From positions 52,020,001 through 52,084,000 of the forward strand of contig NC_058382.1 of assembly GCF_018350175.1 (NCBI RefSeq): DNA of 64,000 nt, in the 5' to 3' direction. The position numbers and the translations under genes were made by a program. Below the pieces are notes generated by a model. It searched no databases. It was not told the DNA's origin and saw only the letters and a program-made list of their open reading frames with translations. Source of the DNA: Felis catus (Eukaryota). Below are positions 12,713-24,775 of the stretch, in pieces (positions within the stretch are counted from its first letter, which is position 1; each line of letters starts with the position of its first letter).

Positions 12713-15700
12713 CATTAAATGATGGTAATGTAATCCCTTTGACGTGATGTCACCCCAACATTCTCTAAATTAGCCACAGTTTAGATAAAATTTAGATAAA
12801 TTGATGCCCGCTCACTGTGTGTAACTGCTGGGGACATCCCGCCCGTGGCTTGCACCCCCGGCTTCAGCTCTGTCCCCCCTTTTTAGGGAGCTGCGAGCGT
12901 TCGCAGCATTCGGAAGCTGTCTCCTCGGAAACTAACGCTCTTCTCTCCTTGACCTTTGTCCAACCAGCATTCTGAACCTGAAGACCTTTGTAGATTGAGA
13001 GCTGTAGCTTGGACCCCTCTCTGTGGAGATCAGCCTCTCAGTGCCCCGGGGGAAGCCATCTCTTCACCCAGAGCTTCTTCTAGCAAACCAAGAGGCCTGG
13101 AACCCCACAGTCGCGACCGCTAAGCAGTAGACACGGGGGAGGAGCTGCTTTCCGTTTGTGCTCGGCGTGGCGCTGAGCAGGGAGGGTCGGCTGAGTGGCG
13201 ACTCTCTGGATCTAGTGACTTGTTTGCTGGCTTCGATTTGGTAAAGCTGAGTGGACATGGCTGCCGCCATTTAACGGTGATCGTTACATACACACCTCAC
13301 CCGGAATCTCGGGAGAGGGGATGTGTTAGGCTAGGATTTCCCACCCTGGAGGACCCCATCGCTGCTTTTCTAGACTCAACCTGTCAGTCGCCCTGATTCG
13401 GCTCTGCGTGTAAACGGTTCCGTCCGAAGTGCCACCTTCTTGGATCTGCGGGCTGACACGTGCCCGTCAGAGGCAGGGTTCTTCCAGTGAGGGGTTCGCT
13501 GAGCGCCCAGTGTGGGACAGCGCCCTCCCTGTTGACGGTCTCCCGTCAGCAGGGGCTTTTGTTGGGACTCACGCACTCTGCTGCCACGGGCAGGCAGCAC
13601 GATCATGTTTAAGGAGTGAGACCAGATTTTGTCAAATGTCCACTTAAAAACTAGTCACAGCTATGAGCAAACGAGATACTTGCAGTGTGATGTTCATTGG
13701 CAATGATGCTGAAAGTTTCTCCTTGCGGCCTTAAACCGCCACTAGTTAAATTTGATTTTTCAATCCCTTCCGGAGTTGATTCGAGTTGAAAAGTTCCTTT
13801 GACCTCTTGAACCTTCATAACATTGGGCTGCATCAGATGTCGTGACTTTAGATCTAGGATAGCCTGGTCTGCTTTCGATTTGTGAGCCGCAGAACTCATC
13901 ACCAGGAATAAAACTTTTGTTCCCTGAAGAAATACTGGCTGGCCACCTTGGTATATACAGTGAAGTGTGTTTTAGGACTTACGCTTCACTTTCTGTTGGT
14001 ATTTATGTTATATAATCACCTCCCTGTGTTTTATTACAGGGATTCTGATGATGTGTATTTATTTAAATAACGAAATTGATCCATTTTTAGATAATGGGTA
14101 TGCTCAAGCTGTGAAAACCCCCCCTAAATTTGTTCTCCTAAAACAAAATGAAGGTATCAGATTTTCATGTCGGAATCCCAAAATGACATTAGAGTATGAC
14201 ATTGAAATTGCTCGTTTTGGCTTCTGAGAGCCCGTATTTTAAAGCTTGGGGTCCCGTTCCTAAATCATGTGTTGAAATTATGGTGCAAAGCATAGTTGCC
14301 GTGTTCTTTTATCCCTCTGGTCACCTCCATGATGAATTTGTATCTAGTATAAATTCTACCAGTTGGACAGTAATACAGGCAAAGTATCTTCTTCACGTAC
14401 AGAAGTGTATTCTGAGGATTTTACACCTACACTTCACCTTTAGGAACTGGACTAACTTCTTTTATGCCTTCAGTTCTTTGCTCTCTTTTCCACACCTAGT
14501 GTTACTAAATTTTGCCTTCTGTCCTAAACCATACGTTTACTTTTTTTGCCCCCCAGTTATTCCCAAAGCTCCCATAAATCCAAGGCCTGAGACTAACTTG
14601 GGAGTCATTTTCTTTGTCAGAATGTACTCGTACAGGGTCATTGTCCTTGCACTTGGGAGGCTGAAATGCCTCCTTTCCTTTCCCGACTGTCAGTACGACT
14701 CAGAATAGTGGGATCTTGGCATTCATCTTCTTTTTAAGAAACTGGTGCTCATTTGGAGAGAGATAATTTCTGAAATGATCTAAATAACCTTTTAGAAATT
14801 TCAACTCTCATTTTAAATGAAAAACTTTTGTGACCACTTTTCTTTTATGCTAAAATATACCTGTATATTAAGTAAAAAGGCTTTAAAATTATTTTGTTCC
14901 AAAACCATTTTGAGATTTTTGGCAATATTAAAAAAAAGTGCCTGAATGATATCACATAAAATTGAGAATTAGTACCTTATGGATTAAATGACCATTTTAC
15001 GCTGAAATATTCTTAGACACTGAATGTCCACGGAGATCACATGATCTAGCTCACAGTATGTGGAAATTTTAAGAAAGCTATATATCTAAAGGAAGAGACC
15101 AATTGAGATATTCTAATGAGCCTCATCTCATAATTGGTAATATACAAAGGATATTTAAGTATATATAAACATATAATAACATATAAATTGTGTGTAAGTT
15201 GGTACATATTTTTTTTTGTAGATCCCAAACTTTTGTCATCTAAGAGTGGAATTTCATACTTGCATGTAGGTTTAGATTTTAAATCATTTGTTTCAGTGCC
15301 ATTATAACAAGAGAGGGTCGTATGAGTTATTGTTCAATGACAGAATGGTTCAAAATCATAATCTAAAGCAAATATTTAAAAAATAGGATTTCTACCCTGA
15401 TTTGAGGTTGCAGGTGTTTTACAAAGTTTGAAACTTTGGAAATTATTTCACATAATACCCAGTTTAAGTATTTAGATCTTTTGGTTTTCCATACTACAGT
15501 GACATAGTGATTGTTCTGGAGAAAGTGTTGTGCATATTTTCTGGAATAAATTAGCCTGGAAGAGAAAGGTCTTCATACAGTTCTGTCTTTCCTCCACTAG
15601 AGGGCTCTGTTGCTCTTTGATACCGTGAAACAAAAGCGGTCGGTGGCTGCTGAATATAGTTTTCCTCCTCAGCTGGTCTTGCTTTCATTTTTGTTAAATA

Positions 15701-17828
15701 ATGCCTTTTAGTTTCCTAACATATCTTTTAGTCCCTGTACTTCTCGGTGAAAGAGTTCAAACTGAAGACTGTTCCTGGTGTCATGTTTGTTTCTTTTTCC
15801 TTTTCTCCCCCCCTTTTTTTTCTGGGTTTTGTTTTTTTGTATAAAATGCCAAGGATGAAGAGGTCCATTTAATAAAAAGGTCCATTGTGTTCAAGGAGCA
15901 GCCCTGTTCTGCCAGATTACACAAGGGCATGTGTTTTTGTGACATTATTGGTTTTGAGTGTGCCGGCCTATCAATAATGTGATTTTTTTTTTCTAAGTAG
16001 AAATTGTAATATTTAAATATTAATGCCTCTGTTTAAGGTTCATTTAGAATGCCTTGGTGATCTTAGAATTTTTTCTAAGAACATAGTTTCCTTGCCCCTG
16101 CCACCTCAGCCTTATGCAGTATTATATAATTTATTTGTAATTAAACTGTTTATTAATGATATGTTTTTGTACTAGTAGAAACTATGTCCTTTTGGATCCA
16201 GTATATGTTTCTTAAATAAGAGAGGCCATATGAAACCAAATACTTAAGGTGAAGCAAGTAGCCAGGGCCGTGTGTGTACAAGATCTTAAGGAGTGTGATT
16301 TTTATTTTGGCTCCCTAACTAGAGTTTGAGGCAACCCATTAATTGCATGCTCCGGTTCTCAAACAGAAATTTGGCCCAGGAAAGGAAACACTTTTGGCTT
16401 CATGAAACTGCTTATTTTCAAATTTCAAATGGGGACAGCACGAGTCCGCTACGTTACATTACTTTTTATTTGTATCATTCTTTTTCTCAGCAGCTTACTT
16501 TTTCTCTCCTAAAGATGATGGAGACGGGAAAGCATTGTGAATACACTTGTAACACCCCAGAACGTTTTCACTGGAGGAAAGCTATTTCGGTCGTTCGTAC
16601 ACAGATGCATCTGTTTTTTTATGAAATAAAAATTGTCACAACTAGATGGTTATTCTGGGAATTATTACAGATATTGTGATCAACGGTGTGCTGGCCGTTG
16701 AAACGCCCTGGGTCCTGGCTTGTTGAGTCTGACGTGGCCCACGTCCTCTCCTGCGCTTGGTGCAGCACCTACGCTGTGCTCTTCAGACCTACGTCCTCGG
16801 CCTTTTCCAGAATAACGTTTGGGGTGGCCGGTAGGCCTTCTTGCAAAGCTGTCTTAAGTGAAGCCTTTGGCAAGTTGATCGAAATTGCAAAGGCAGGAGT
16901 TTCTGGCCTAAATGTGTCCTCTTCCTTGGGCTTCGTAGACGGCACTACCTCGCATGGGATGGCCGGTCTGTATCAGCCCAGCTAAAGGAGGTGAAGAGGA
17001 AGTGTCCTCCTACGTTAAGTAGCCGTGTGACACAGTTGGGATCTAATTGTTTCCAATCGGTGAGTGACTCGTTCAGCAGGCTGTGCTGCGTGGTGTTCCG
17101 GAGCCTTGCTCGAAGCCCGATTCCCATCGTGCTGTCTCCGAAAGCAAGTCAAGGTTTCCTCACTGGACCCCGAGGCGAGACGTGAGACTGTGCGCTCATG
17201 CGGTCAAGAGCAGGAGAGAACGGGAGAGAGAGTTTGTGTGCGTGACGTGGGGCGGGGCGGGGCGGGGCGAGGAAGCTCATATTTCAGTGCTCTTTATAAT
17301 TTCTCTAGGGTTGGGGACACACTGGCAAGGTAGACGGAGCGGGGCCTTTCCTGTGAGCGCGCTCTCTCCTACAAAGGGGAACAAAATCACAGTCAAAGCA
17401 GTTTCTTGTGTAGTTGCACGGAAATGGAGGTGAACAGTAGTGCAATATGTTTCGTTTTCACCCTTACCTGTAAAATGTACTTAATTATTCCAGATTAGCA
17501 GTTATTGATTACTGTCATATCATCTCCTATGCATAGCCCTTTAGAATTCACAAGGCTTCCACACATGTCTTATTTAATTCTCACCCCAGGGCGCACAGCC
17601 GGCTTGAAACGAGTCTGAACAAAAACAGAGAGGTGAGGTGACTTGCCCCAGGTCACACAGCCCCTGAGTTAATGGGGCTGGGGGGGCTGGAGTGGAGAGC
17701 TCCTGACCTCGTGCCCCGGGCCCTCTCCTTGCTGCTTGCTGCCTCCGTGTCCCAAGGACGGGAGCACAGTCCCGACCAAGCTCTTCTTAGGCAGCTCACC
17801 CAGTCCGAAGTCAACACATTTATTTTAA

Positions 17829-18027
17829 TGTTTATTTATTTTTGAGGGACAGAGAGAGAGTGTGAGTGGGGGAGGGGCAGAGAGACAGAAAGGCACAGAA
17901 TCTGAAGAGGCTCCAGGCTCTGAGCTGTCAGCACAGAGCCCGACGTGGGGCTGGAGCCCGCAAGCCGCGAGATCATGACCTGAGCCGAAGTCGGACGCTT
18001 AACCGACTGAGCCGCCCAGGTGGCCCC
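17829..18027 (-). mobile_element. Can-SINE with 15-bp TSD
   Basis: TSD acacatttattttaa at 17814-17828 and 18029-18043. Confidence 0.94.
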
Positions 18028-21000
18028 GACACATTTATTTTAACAAGTCTGTGAAAGCCCGCTCTGCGCCAGCCCGGGTGCTGGTTCCTCGGTGTTGTAA
18101 ACTGGGGATCGGGGGAGACTTCCGGGGGGGCGAGAGCTGGCATCAGTCAGGCTTGTCCATATGCCAGGTGTCAGGCTAGAGTGGCTTTGTATGCCTTCAC
18201 GTTTAAGTCCTTTACAATCCTTTGTTATCGGTTTAAATCCTTTATGGAAAACTTAGAAAGTGTGGATGAGTAAACATAAAAAGATGCAGATAAGGAAAAA
18301 GGATCAAAGGATCACCCCAAGTTCTTCCCAGCCGGAAATAGTTGTTGATATTCAGCACGTGGGATTCTGAGCATTTTTCCCTCCCCTTGTTTTGTGATTT
18401 TTCTGTTGAACCGAGGAACCTGACCATCTTTCCCTGCTGTTAAATATCTGACAACATTTTAAGTCACTGTGTCGTGTTTTCTTATATGGTTCTTCTCATT
18501 CTCCCACCGTGGCACATTTGGGTGGATTTCAAAAGCTTTTGGTGATGCCACTGAAAGGAGACGAACGTCTTGTAGTGAAACGTTTGTACCCGTCCGGGAC
18601 TACTCTGCAGTTTTATTTTCCGGAAGTGGAATTGTCCAGTCAAGGGATTCGTTCCCTAACCTTACCTTCTCCACTGGTTTTTGATCAAACCATAGCCCTT
18701 GGAAAACTGTGCTAATTTGAAATGTGCGTTTGCCCTGTGTCCTTGCCAGCCTTGGAGATTAGCTTTTCTTTTTTAAAGTCTCGGTTAAATTTGCATATCT
18801 CTGATTATTAGATCGATCAGCTCTGCAGTTGGCCATTTATGTTTATTCTTTTATGAATTGCCTTTTCATCTGATGTTCGTGACCATTGGGTATGTATCGA
18901 TTGCTAATTGATTGCTTCATTCATGTGGTATAATTTAATATTCAAAATGTCCCTTTCCGTGAGAAGCTAATTTATCTGAAAGTGTCTATTACTTTAAGCA
19001 CACGTTCAATCTTGCAATCAAGAGAAAAATCATGAGGAAGAAGTTGGCCTAACTCCTGTTTGCTTCGGTAAAAACTTTTGAGTGTCCGTCTTGTCTGTTA
19101 TACCAGCTACAACTCAAATCATGGGCACTGCCGCTTAATGCCTGCTTTTAAGGAGGGACCCCCCCCCCCCAGAAGATTCCGACTTGGTCACTTAACGGCA
19201 GTGGTTGAGTCCCAAGGGGACACCATGGGCGACATTTGGTTATTTTCGTGTTGTGGATGTCCCCCCAGATCTTCTATTAATGATGGTTACAACTCTTCAG
19301 AGCATTTCTGTGCATTATCTCATTTGATGAGCCTGGCTCCCTCGTGGTGAAATTGTACCACTGCTGAAAATAGCTCTGCTGACAGGCAGGGGAAGCTTGA
19401 TAGGTAGCGAGTTTCTATCTGGAGAGGCAGCGGGGTGCATGAGAAGAAATACTGGCTCAGGAAGCAGACGTGACCTAGTTTCAAAACCGGGCCTCACCAC
19501 GTCCCATCTGAGTGTCTTGGGGCAAGTTACTTCCCTTCTCTGAACTCTTGTTCCACATCTATGAAACACAGCTGGCATTCCTATTTTGCAAAGTTTTTAA
19601 AGATGGGAACATCAGAGTGCCCAGGGATTTGTCTGCTCAACATTGCAGGCGCTTAGTAGACTGCAGGCATTTTGGGAATGGGAGGCAAGGCGATCGGGTT
19701 ACTGAAATTAGTTTGGTATTTTCCTAGCTTCCTGGTTCTTGGATCCTCAAAAGGCTGCCTTAGTATCTGTGAGTTTGTCCTGAAATGACCTTTCTAAATA
19801 ACCGTTTTAGGCATTGACTTGTCTTTAGTGTGAAAGGAAACCTTTTAGGGATTTTTTGGTTGGAGGTCAGATAGCTTCATCCAGAAAAAAAATGTATCAA
19901 GTGAAAAGGAAAAAAAAAAAAAAGAGAGACAAGGTATTTTTGTTGCAGTGAAGGAAAATGATCGATTCAGCTTGGGGGTGAAAAGCAAGGAACAGCATAC
20001 AACGTAGAGCGAGTGCACGTGTCGTACGGAGGGCATGGAGCAAGAGCGCTTGCTCGCTTGCGTTTGGGAGGGTCTCCAGGACGGCCCGGTGTATTCTGCG
20101 CAAACGTCCAACCTTGCCATCCCGTTTACGCGGTCAGACCAAACACCGTATCGGTGTTTGAATAGAGTTTTATCGGCACTTAAGCAGGAATTGGAGACTC
20201 CTGGGGACATGTCAGGATGAGAACTGGCCCGTGACACAGGTTGTCATTAGTGTAAGGTGAGCCGCTTAACTATTTTGAGCCTTACTTTTTCCTCATTTGT
20301 CAAATCGAGACAATAATTGTTGCTGCTGTCCCCTACTTTGTAAGGATCGGCTAGAAGGCAACGGGCAAAGGAACAGTACCGTACGATTGCGGGTGTGGAA
20401 AAATAATCCCAATAGTGGTCAGAGAAGAGGCGCCTGCAGGAGAAGGAAGCTGTAGGTTTGGAGGGAGGCGGAGGAGGAGGAAGAGAGTAATTTAATTCTG
20501 TAATGGGTGGGCTAATAGAGCATCTCTTGATGTTTTGTTGGGATGTGCTGAGAGGTTTCTGCAGGTATCCCCTCCCGGTTCAGAAAGGTAACCTGATTTC
20601 AAGTGACTTTATTGTGCATTTGGCAGTCGATTTGGTGGTAAGGACCCGAAAGTCTTACCGGAGCCTGTCCCTCCAGAGGCGGCAGATACTCAGAAATCTG
20701 GGATGACAAGAAGGAACTCTCTGCAGAGGCAGAACGGCCGCGGGCTCCAATTGTGTTGAGGTTTCTTTCTTCGGTGGAGATGTCTGTCATTGGACAGTAA
20801 GCTTTCCTTCCTGGTTCCTTAAGCTCCAGCTGCTCAGGCCGCTCCCCGCCTGCTCACGGCCACTCTGTAGAGGCGAGAGTGAGCTGGGTGCTGGTTGCTC
20901 ACATGACATCAATGAAATTGCCAGCAACGTCTTGATTCTGGAAACCGTTTTCCTGGTGATCACGTGAACTGAACAAATGAAAATAATCAATCCCTTTCAA

Positions 21001-21599
21001 ATGGGCAGCCTCTGCTCTGTCAGCCCCCAATGCCTGCAAGGAGGAAATCTCAAAACTTTTCGCATCTTTCCATGTGTCTTCCGACTGCCTTCAGTTTTTC
21101 TGCATGGCTGTGTTTGGCCAAGGCAGCCGCGTGGCTCCTAATACAGCAGCTGAATTGGAGAAGCTTCTATCAGAGGAGACATCGGCATTGCATTCCAAAT
21201 GCATTCAAAAAGAAAAAAAAAACAACACCATTACAACTTTATTAGTGAGGGAAGTTTCAATTCCTGGTTCACGTACAGTTACCGGATTGAGTGTTTGACA
21301 AGGTAGAGAGTGCTGTAACAGATCCATACGGGGAAACATCTCAGTCAGGGAGCGGAGTCAGGTTTTTGGCAAGGGATACCGTCCTTTCTGCCCGAAAAGC
21401 TGACTGGGGAGCTGTCGGTCTCTGTGCACGAGGGCCCTTTATTCTACCAAGTCTCGTAATTGCTGCAGGCCTGGCGTTTCTTTTAGCACCCGTTGGCCTG
21501 ATCAGGGAGAGACGGGAGGGACACCGGCCGTGTTTCCGTGTCACCGTTGTGGGACTGTTAGACTTTCCCGAGTGCACGTGTGTGCACCGGTCATTCACA

Positions 21600-22045
21600 C
21601 ATTCTACGCGTGTTTCCTTTATTGAAACGACACAGATCCATCCATTCCCTTGCAGTTCCTGGAGGTGTGAAGTCCCTTTCACTGGCCACAGTGAGGCCAT
21701 CAGCAGCACCAGCTCCTTCCGAGGCTCTGGGGGAGACTCCATCCTCTGGCTGTCCGTGTTCGTTGGTGTGCAGTCACTTCTCCCACCTTCAGACTGTGCC
21801 ACCCCACTTTCTGCTTCCACGTCCCCTCACCTTCTCTTGTGGAGTCCAGTCTCCCTCTTCCAATGACACTTTTGGTTCTTTGGAGCCCGCCTGGGTACTT
21901 CAGGATAATCTCCCATCTCAAGGCTCTTATCTTCATCACATCCGCAGTCTTTGTGGCCGTAGAAGGCAGTCTTTTTGTCTAAAAGGTTCCAGGGGTTGGG
22001 ACTTGGGCCTCTTTGGGGAGGCTGTAATTCAGCATCACCGCAGAA
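21600..22045 (-). mobile_element. MLT1-type (ERVL-MaLR) solo LTR
   Basis: cagttcctggaggtgtgaagtcc...caggataatctcccatctcaagg...catcacatccgca...ccaggggttgggact. Confidence 0.75.
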
Positions 22046-23107
22046 GGGGGTGGGATATCCCCAAGAACGCCTGGAGCTTCAGCATCGAACACACACTTCT
22101 GTCCTCACTCCACCTCTTCCCTCCCTAAACAGTTCTTCACGCTGGGTGATACTTTCTAGAGAAAAAAAAAAAAAATCTGGTCTGTTGTGCCTCAGTGTTC
22201 CGAGCTAGGGTGCAGCCCTGTGATGCCCCATTTCTTCCGGTTCGAGTCTGTCTGAAGCAGGATGGTGTAGAAACGTCTGGAGCTTTCCCTGCGTTGCTGC
22301 TGAGGAAGCCACTATCCTGATCGTAGTTAAGGGAGGGGAACATTTTTATGCCGGCTCGTTTCTCTGCGTGGGGGCCAGGTAGTTACGGGGAGAGCCCCCC
22401 AGCCAGGGCAGAGAGAACAGTGGCCTGCCATATTTTTTGTTTGGCTTTGTCGTTGTTTACCTGCCAACATGCTGAAATCAGGATATTTTACTTGAAAGTC
22501 GTCTTGATTCCTGACTCGCAACAAATCAGAAGGGCAGGCCACACTGGGGTCCTGTGCCCACCACCGAGCAGACTTACTCAGAGGCTGAGACTTCGTTGCC
22601 TCCAGCAGGCCATTTGCCTGCAGTTAGGCCGGGCTGTTTTACACGATCTGCGTCCTTGTGGATTCTTGAGCTTAGAACTGGTTTTGGGCCTGTGATGAGG
22701 GCTGTGAGGAGAGTAGACTGGCCACTCATGGCCACAGGAACACCCTTCGGTCAGTCATTTGTGCAGTCAGAAAATACTGACTCTCCACTGCTGGGTGCCA
22801 AATCTTCAGCGTAGAACCAGAGAATGTGCCGACCCTTGCAGGAGCTACAGACTAACCGAGATGTTAGCACCTTTATCCTCGTGCTCTAGAGAGCATTTAA
22901 CTTATCTTTATGGAATAATTGTTGTTGTTTTTTAACCACACATTTCCTTGTATGTACATATGGCTCTGGGTAGCTTCTAATTGTTTCTCTCTTTCTCTGT
23001 CTGTATTTCAAAAGTAAAGATACTAAAGCCCCCTTTTTTTAATTCTTGGGAAGACATTGCAGATGATTACCAAATCTCTTGTAAAGAGAACTTTTGCTAT
23101 CTCAACC

Positions 23108-23143
<36 letters not shown>

Positions 23144-23916
23144 GTCTTCCTATCAGTCTCTGATTTTTCTTCAGCTCCATTTCCACGTGTGCATCTTCTG
23201 AGCAACCATAAAAGAAAGCAAAACCCGTAGTAGGTATGCGGTGAGGGAAAAGTCGCTTTACACTCGCAGAGCGTGTGGATCTGCGGTCAGGTGGAGTTGC
23301 CTACCTTGTATTTACATGAATCACAGCTCCATCGCTCGCCTTGTGGTAAGAAGCGTGTGGCTCTGTTAGGATTGTTTTTTAAGCTCATCCTGCGTTTTTT
23401 GACGTTCGTGCTTAATGCTAACGGTCTAAGCAGTCGCACACCAGTCGGATCGTGTGCTAAAAACCGGTGGTTCGTCTGAGTGGCATACTTACTCGTTTTG
23501 TTTTGCGGATGGATTGCTTTTCCGCTGCTGGCTGGCTCTCCGTTTGCTAGCTTCTGTGCTTTGCTCAGTGTTTTGACTTAGCGTTGGAGCCCCGGGCTCT
23601 CTATTTCCCAAGTTGCTGATGGTATGGCTGAGCTCTGCTAATGCTGGTTATTAACCTGACAGTGTAGACGAGCAAGGTTTTATAATTGCCATAATTCTTC
23701 TATACTCCGATCCGTCTCGTAGCTCCTCAAATGGTAGAGGCTGCGGTGAACACTGTCTGAGCTTCACATAGAGAGTCGTAGCTTGAACTTAGCATTCAAT
23801 ATTTTGTCAAGGCTGCAGAGAAAGGGGTCACGTTTTTTGCGTAATATATGGATCTACAAATTCCAAGCAAGCTTGGAATTTTTTTTTATTACCTATTATG
23901 TAAAATGTAAGTATTA

Positions 23917-24120
23917 TTTTTAAACATTTTTAAAATTTATATTTGAGAGACAGAGTGCGAGCAGGGGGAGGGGCAGAGAGGGAGACACAGAATCCGAAGC
24001 AGGCTCCAGGCTCCGAGCTGTCAGCACACAGCCTGATGTGGGGCTCAAACCCATGAACTGTGAGATCACGACCTGAGCTGAAGTCAGACGCTTAAGCAAT
24101 TGAGCTACCCAGGCACTGCC
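23917..24120 (-). mobile_element. Can-SINE followed by a C-rich run
   Basis: Typical body; partial TSD attatgtaa on both sides; poly-C/ccg tract 24119-24148. Confidence 0.92.
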
Positions 24121-24720
24121 CCCCCCCCCCCGCCACCGCCACCACCCCATTATGTAACACTTAAAAGTTAGCTGAACTTCAGGGTTTTTAAATCTTAGAA
24201 TGGCATACTCAGTCTTTAAGGAGTGACTTCAAGATTGTGTGTTTTAGTTATTTAGAAAGCTGGTGTTGTTTGGGATGAAGAATTTAATAGTGTGTAATGT
24301 TCAGAGGATACTTTATTTAAACTCTAACTATCATGGGTTCTTGTTTAAACTGTTCATAGAGAGGCACGTGAATGTGAAAGAATTTCAAACTCACCCCTGA
24401 AGAGCAAACCTCATGGCTTTAGATGAATGTAACGATGGAACAGCTGAAGATTCCAGACTATGCTGTGTAGGAGGCATACCACCGGGACGCTAGCTTACAA
24501 AAGCAGTGAATATACTTCAAGGCTAAGCTGAGCTGGGAAGGGAATGGAATATTACAGAGTTGTCCCCTTTAGAAAAAAGTGATTTCAAGTTTATGATCAA
24601 TAAAATACTTCCATCTCCCTAACAGACTTTGTGGATCTTGTGCAGGTTATTAGGAAGCCAGATGTATTTTCTAAAACATTCCTCAAACGTTTCCTTTAAG
24701 AGTGGCTTTGTGTTGTATGG

Positions 24721-24723
<3 letters not shown>

Positions 24724-24770
<47 letters not shown>
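24724..24770. repeat. (TG)n microsatellite
   Basis: About 23 perfect TG units. Confidence 0.95.

Positions 24771-24775
<5 letters not shown>

Noticed and set aside
21291..22128. 159-191 aa overlapping ORFs
   Set aside because: Overlap an MLT1 LTR; no recognisable domain.
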